A stretch of DNA of 64,000 nt from Minisyncoccia bacterium (GTDB taxonomy: Bacteria > Patescibacteriota > Minisyncoccia > 2-02-FULL-40-12 > IGHO2-01-FULL-4-A), in the NCBI GenBank assembly GCA_050015375.1, contig JBEKBN010000003.1, forward strand, positions 16,127 to 80,126. The letters run 5' to 3'. The position numbers and the translations under genes are program-made. Below the pieces are notes generated by a model that was not told the origin of the DNA, searched no databases, and worked only from the letters and a program-made list of their open reading frames with translations. Numbering within the stretch: position 1 is the first letter of the stretch; every line of letters starts with the position of its first letter. Below are positions 60,101-64,000 of this stretch, piece by piece.

Positions 60101-63100
60101 CCGGCGCATATACTTCGAGAACCATAACGGGAACAGACAATCAAATAGCAGTCGCGAATGGCAACGGCGTTTCTGGCAATCCGACGATAAGTTTACCGAG
60201 TGTTGTTTATTTGGGCTCATCTGGCAAGCTTGGCCGGGACGCTAATAATCTTTTGGACTTTTCAACCGACGGTCAGATAACTTTTCGCGCCAACTCCACC
60301 AATGAAATGGTTATGAATGGGACTGGCCTGTCGGTCAGCGGCACATTGGCTGCCGGCGCCACTACGCTTTCCGGCAATTTGGCGATGGGCGGTTATAAAA
60401 TAACTGGGCTGGCGATGCCCTCCGCTTCTCAAGAGGCAGCCACAAAAGGATATGTGGACGCGGTGGCGCAAGGCCTCCAGCCAAAAGACGCCGTCCGAGC
60501 GGCCACGATTGAAAATATTACTTTGAGCGGCGAACAAACGGTTGACACGGTAAGTTTAGTTGCCGGCGACAGAGTTCTGGTAAAAACCCAAAACGACGCG
60601 GCAACCGATGGCATTTATGTGGTTTCTGCCGGCGCCTGGTCTCGTTCCGCCGATGCCGATACGAGCGCGAAAGTAACTTCCGGCATGTACACATTCGTGG
60701 TTGAAGGAGACAAAGACATAGGAAACGGTTATGTATTGTTAACTCCCAATCCGATAGATCTTGGCGTCACCCCTCTTACATTCACTCAATTTTCTGGTGC
60801 GGGGCAGATCATCGCCGGCAACGGTCTCCTAAAATCCGATTCAAACACCATTGATGTCGTCGGCACAGCCAATAGGATCATTGCTTATCCCGATTCCATT
60901 GATATCGCGCCCACGTATGTTGGCCAAAGCTCAATTGCCACTGTCGGAACCCTTAACTCCGGTTCTATTATCCCGGGTTTCGGAGCCATCAATATCGGAA
61001 CCGAACCGCTGACTGCCGGTGTTGGCTCGTTCAGTTCGATCACCGCCTCCAGCACCTTAACGGTTAACAGCACAGCTACATTCAACGGAAATGTCGGTGT
61101 TTCCGGAACTTTGTCGGCGGCCACGGTTGCGCTTTCCGGTAATTTGGCAATGGGCAATCATTACATCACCGGCTTGGCCAGCCCTCTTAGTGCGCAGGAT
61201 GCCGCCACCAAAGGATATGTTGACGCGCTGGCCCAAGGCCTGACAGTTAAAGACGCCGTCCGGGTGGCGACGACCGGAGATATCACTTTGAGCGGTGAAC
61301 AAACAATTGATGGCGTAGCTGCGGTCGCCGGAGACAGAATTTTGGTGAAAAACGAAACAGATAAAAAAACCAATGGCATTTATGTGGTTAGCGCCGGCGC
61401 CTGGTCTCGTTCCGCCGATGCCGATACAAGCGCGAAAGTAACTTCCGGCATGTACACTTTTGTGACCGATGGAACAACCCAAGCCAACACCGGCTGGAGC
61501 TTGATCACTCCCAATCCCATTGCTTTGAATACAACCCCTCTTGATTTCACCCAATTTTCCGGCGCCGCCGAAATAATAGCCGGCAACGGCTTGGTCAAGA
61601 CAGGCAACACCATCAATGTCGTCGGTACCGCTGATAGGATCATCGCCAATGCCGATTCCATTGATATCGCGCCCACATATGTCGGCCAGAGTTCAATTAA
61701 TACCGTTGGTATTCTTAACACCGGTTCCATCACCTCCGGCTTCGGTTCGATCAACATTGGAACTAAACCTCTGACCGCCGGTATTGGCTCATTCAGTTCG
61801 GTTTTAAGTTCGGGTTCAGGTGTTTTTGATAGCCAGTTGACTGCCGCCTATTTTACGGCCACATCAACAACCGCCAGTTCCACTTTTCCGTACCTTGAAG
61901 TCAGCGGACGGTCCAAGCTGGGGACGGTAACCGGCGGAACCTGGAACGGTTCCATTGTCGGCGTTCCTTACGGCGGCACCGGCGTGTCGAGTTTTACCAC
62001 AAGAGGAATACTTTACGGAAATGGTACCGGTAACATCGCGGTAACTACGGCTGGAACCAACGGCGAGGTGCTTATGGCCGGCATCGGCGGCTTGCCTTCC
62101 TTTGTTGCCACTGCTTCTCTCGGACTTTTGGGCTCATCAATCACCAGTTCTCTGACCAGCAATTACATTCCCAAATGGACCGGTTCCGCTTTTGGCAACT
62201 CCCTGATTTACGACAATGGAACAAACGTCGGCATCGGCACCATTTCCCCCGATTCAGTCCTTGAAATCGCCTCCAATTCTGCCAAGTTCATCATCCGGTC
62301 AACCGGTTCAAACAACTCCACTCTTACTTTTGAACCCTCCAACCTCGGCTCGGCGAGTACCAATGACGGGATGTTCAGTGTCGTGGCAAGTGGTGGAGCG
62401 GGAAAAGACGATTTAATTATCAAAAACGCCACTAATACCAATCTTGTTACCGTTGCCTCCACCGGTTTTGTTGGCATCGGCAGTCCCTCCTCAACATTCG
62501 CCAAATTGGATGTTGCCGGCACGATCAGAGGCCAGAACTTCATGACTTCCGGCGGTTCTCCGGTTAACGATATCCTTCTTCCCCAAGATGTCCAGAATTA
62601 TTCCATCAACTCCCTCAAGGGCACAACCGGCCTTGATATGGCTGATATTCATCAAAAAGTCGCGGCTACTGATTTTACCGGCAACCATGAATCATACAAT
62701 GAATCCGCTACCGCCTTGGCCAATGGCAATGTCCTGATCGCTTACGAGGATGGCGGCAATTCCTGGCGCGGCACTTTTGTGATCTACGATTCAGCCGGAA
62801 ACCAGATCAAATCACCGACCGTGTTTTCCGGAACTCATGGAGTAACCCCCAAATCCGCCATCACCCTCACCAATGGCAATATCCTGATCGCTTACGAAGA
62901 TGGCGACAATTCAAACTATGGCACTTTTGTGATTTACGATTCAGCCGGCAATCTTGTCAAAGCCCCGACAGTGTTCTCCGGAAATCATGATACAGAATTT
63001 AGTTCCGCTGTCACCTTAACCAATGGCAATGTCCTAATTGTCTATGGGGATGCCGACAATTCAGTTTACGGTACTTTTGTGATCTATGATTCTGCCGGAA

Positions 63101-64000
63101 ACCGAGTCAAAGCCCCGACTGTATTTTCCGGAACCCATTCAATAAACTTTGACTCCGCTACCGCCTTGGCCAACGGCAATGCCATGATTACTTATCAAGA
63201 TATCCCCAATTCAACTCGCGGCACTTTTGTCATCTACGATTCAGCCGGCAATCAGATCAAAGCCCCGACCGTATTTTCCGGAAGTGATAGTGCGTATTTC
63301 GAATCTGCCACCACCTTGATCAATGGCAACATTCTGATCGCTTATCAAGATACCAGCAATTCAAATTATGGCACTTTTGTGATCTACGATTCAGCCGGTA
63401 ACCAGATCAAATCACCGACCGTATTTTCCGGAACTCATGAAGCTGACGCCAACTCCGCCGTCGCCTTAACTAACGGCAATGTCTTGATCGCTTATGAAGA
63501 TGCCGGCAATTCATATTATGGCACATTTGTAATTTATGATTCAGCCGGAAATCTTGTCAAAGCACCAACCGTGTTTGCCAGCGCGAATACATTTTGGGAC
63601 AAGTTATTCACCACCACCCTGACTAATGGCGATATTGCCATGGGTTATGGCACATACGCCGCCGGCGTGTCAAAAGAAAAATTCGTCATCTACGAAGGCA
63701 CCGGTTCATATTTTGCCCGCAACGTCGGCATCGGCACCACCACTCCCGCCACCCGTCTCCAAGTCGAAGGCACCGCCTCCGCCTCCTACCTCTTAACGGG
63801 TAATACCCTCCAAGTAGGCGGTTATTCCTCTGCCGCCTTTAATCGGTTTGGCACCGCTACCATAGCTCATTCCAACTATATGTCCTCTAACAACGATGTC
63901 ATGATAGGCGGCGACCTATATACCGTAGGTACCGTGTCTGCCAATATCGTCTCCGCCTCTGCCTTCTTTGGTCTGGGTCTACCCACAAGTGATTGCACCG
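57190..64000 (+). CDS. Giant (>2,200 aa) membrane-anchored surface protein: HTH, coiled coil, TM, tail-fibre-like repeats, propeller repeats; 3' end outside window
   Basis: Starts MPKYFEEKKYISLQEASKLCSYSPEYLRLLARQKK..IGRNWYTT; TM near 58650-58710; no stop noticed in this frame, and its absence from the track fits an ORF open at the window edge. Confidence 0.85.
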   Translation, partial: MPKYFEEKKYISLQEASKLCSYSPEYLRLLARQKKIISKRIGRNWYTTEEAVQKYVAKQSLTIVIPKSVFTGTNGEEEQSAEIKLTSNGSETGQEVIKLVSEADLKDTIEKAKYEEEIKEKKTESILENIHADLANISEYNLSSRQELNEIKSGVKLQEKVAGDLGSISMSLEKLSELQNQQLSHIQRMEIEQIHSQKDKEIPEQIAISLAALSENLKQLSSIHDLQLKQVEMQKEMTDSKMAEMPKLIDVEKIQKSIDGTNERTEKILEKINQGLSGLMEKNNAERPVQIIEHETAPKVINVHYDTKSQDEIKESLDKITENLKQLSLIQNVQLKQIQLQQQSFDKAIIQNLELKQEQLQSQNAQPAVQPVASMLPQVFNPEFISERTDRILEKIYTSVDRLVQAQETQLLEKTIRPEPQIIQVQVPTPSTPAYRFQTPIYESTPPVVALPPKLEEFLDVQAGSIDYKLKKLDKEGKKIFSDRKKSMALVFSVVIVIFLLVGGFSFGNFNGIGMAIKGVFKNADTIQGHFAGTHPNEVLLLDANGNIAIAGHVETTAVQLDSTDGSAPIIVDQNFLKNLKGGTININGVDSGKFTLAFVTANGNVTYQDVKLEGNIEVGKTLMVKGATQLLASLTIAKGDLNIASGNLNLGTGTITTNNKTMVKNLNAEYLQGKTPADFVTGVANTVANTVAGSQTLDSVVTNGNSTSHTAFFNGGLYGGAGSFATLGVGGDVGLGKQSDPSSVTMTSYFKNFTLDSSGNSSFTGNVGVGGNLNISGTTTTQNLDVNGTADINIASVSAYFGNGMPTSDCSSVGQALLWNKITGKFSCGIAGTGSGGGWVTVKSGNTEVLASSSILNFNSGKFTATASGDSETLLNLNWGNGGPASRSQENTWTALNTFSNISMGTVVSGSWHGTAIGAQYGGTGLSAITNNQLLIGGPGDTIVQVATSSLGLIGDNDFTANGLMARTSAGAYTSRTITGTDNQIAVANGNGVSGNPTISLPSVVYLGSSGKLGRDANNLLDFSTDGQITFRANSTNEMVMNGTGLSVSGTLAAGATTLSGNLAMGGYKITGLAMPSASQEAATKGYVDAVAQGLQPKDAVRAATIENITLSGEQTVDTVSLVAGDRVLVKTQNDAATDGIYVVSAGAWSRSADADTSAKVTSGMYTFVVEGDKDIGNGYVLLTPNPIDLGVTPLTFTQFSGAGQIIAGNGLLKSDSNTIDVVGTANRIIAYPDSIDIAPTYVGQSSIATVGTLNSGSIIPGFGAINIGTEPLTAGVGSFSSITASSTLTVNSTATFNGNVGVSGTLSAATVALSGNLAMGNHYITGLASPLSAQDAATKGYVDALAQGLTVKDAVRVATTGDITLSGEQTIDGVAAVAGDRILVKNETDKKTNGIYVVSAGAWSRSADADTSAKVTSGMYTFVTDGTTQANTGWSLITPNPIALNTTPLDFTQFSGAAEIIAGNGLVKTGNTINVVGTADRIIANADSIDIAPTYVGQSSINTVGILNTGSITSGFGSINIGTKPLTAGIGSFSSVLSSGSGVFDSQLTAAYFTATSTTASSTFPYLEVSGRSKLGTVTGGTWNGSIVGVPYGGTGVSSFTTRGILYGNGTGNIAVTTAGTNGEVLMAGIGGLPSFVATASLGLLGSSITSSLTSNYIPKWTGSAFGNSLIYDNGTNVGIGTISPDSVLEIASNSAKFIIRSTGSNNSTLTFEPSNLGSASTNDGMFSVVASGGAGKDDLIIKNATNTNLVTVASTGFVGIGSPSSTFAKLDVAGTIRGQNFMTSGGSPVNDILLPQDVQNYSINSLKGTTGLDMADIHQKVAATDFTGNHESYNESATALANGNVLIAYEDGGNSWRGTFVIYDSAGNQIKSPTVFSGTHGVTPKSAITLTNGNILIAYEDGDNSNYGTFVIYDSAGNLVKAPTVFSGNHDTEFSSAVTLTNGNVLIVYGDADNSVYGTFVIYDSAGNRVKAPTVFSGTHSINFDSATALANGNAMITYQDIPNSTRGTFVIYDSAGNQIKAPTVFSGSDSAYFESATTLINGNILIAYQDTSNSNYGTFVIYDSAGNQIKSPTVFSGTHEADANSAVALTNGNVLIAYEDAGNSYYGTFVIYDSAGNLVKAPTVFASANTFWDKLFTTTLTNGDIAMGYGTYAAGVSKEKFVIYEGTGSYFARNVGIGTTTPATRLQVEGTASASYLLTGNTLQVGGYSSAAFNRFGTATIAHSNYMSSNNDVMIGGDLYTVGTVSANIVSASAFFGLGLPTSDCT
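60369..61795 (+). repeat. Two 765-bp (255 aa) phage tail-fibre-like units
   Basis: AATKGYVDA..GL..KDAVR.AT..ITLSGEQT.D..AGDR.LVK..GIYVVSAGAWSRSADAD repeated at a 765-bp offset (60628 vs 61393). Confidence 0.85.
62704..63600 (+). repeat. Six 150-bp (50 aa) coding repeats plus a partial seventh
   Basis: S(A)..L.NGN.LI.Y.D..NS..GTFVIYDSAGN..K.PTVF at 62704, 62854, 63004, 63154, 63304 and 63454. Confidence 0.9.

Noticed and set aside
57345-62688. Many short minus-strand ORFs in the track
   Set aside because: Antisense shadows of the giant + strand ORF.
62704-63600. Regular repeats as a CRISPR array or DGR target
   Set aside because: The period is 150 bp, in frame, with synonymous variation; there are no unique spacers and no cas or reverse transcriptase gene in the window.

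Overview
Bacterial chromosome segment, most likely Patescibacteria/CPR (Parcubacteria-like). This is inferred from the short EF-Ts, shortened RF1, group 3b-like NiFe hydrogenase with a minimal small subunit, and a giant HTH-led surface protein. Genetic code 11. Bases 1 to ~19.9 kb form an AT-rich integrated island bounded by two large serine recombinases. It carries a rolling-circle-type Rep, a split type III-like R-M system with a structured 5' leader, two cargo tRNAs, a PIN pair, and a BtaA/radical SAM/UbiA/PEP-utilising/GNAT/polyprenol-kinase lipid-modification operon. The remainder is core-like: envelope and glycolipid genes, hydrogenase and Fe-S genes, tgt, rplY, prfA, rpmE, rpsB, tsf, a tRNA cluster with an HNH gene, rpmG, and a >2,200-aa surface protein running off the right edge. 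The most unusual signals are non-coding: (1) four copies of a 170-240 nt multi-stem element with invariant loop motifs and covarying stems; (2) an intact tRNA-Trp nested in a broken tRNA-Trp between short inverted repeats; (3) a conserved structured trailer after tRNA 3' ends; (4) oriented palindromic inserts inside intact genes, including prfA, tgt and iscS. All calls come from reading motifs by eye; no database searches were run.
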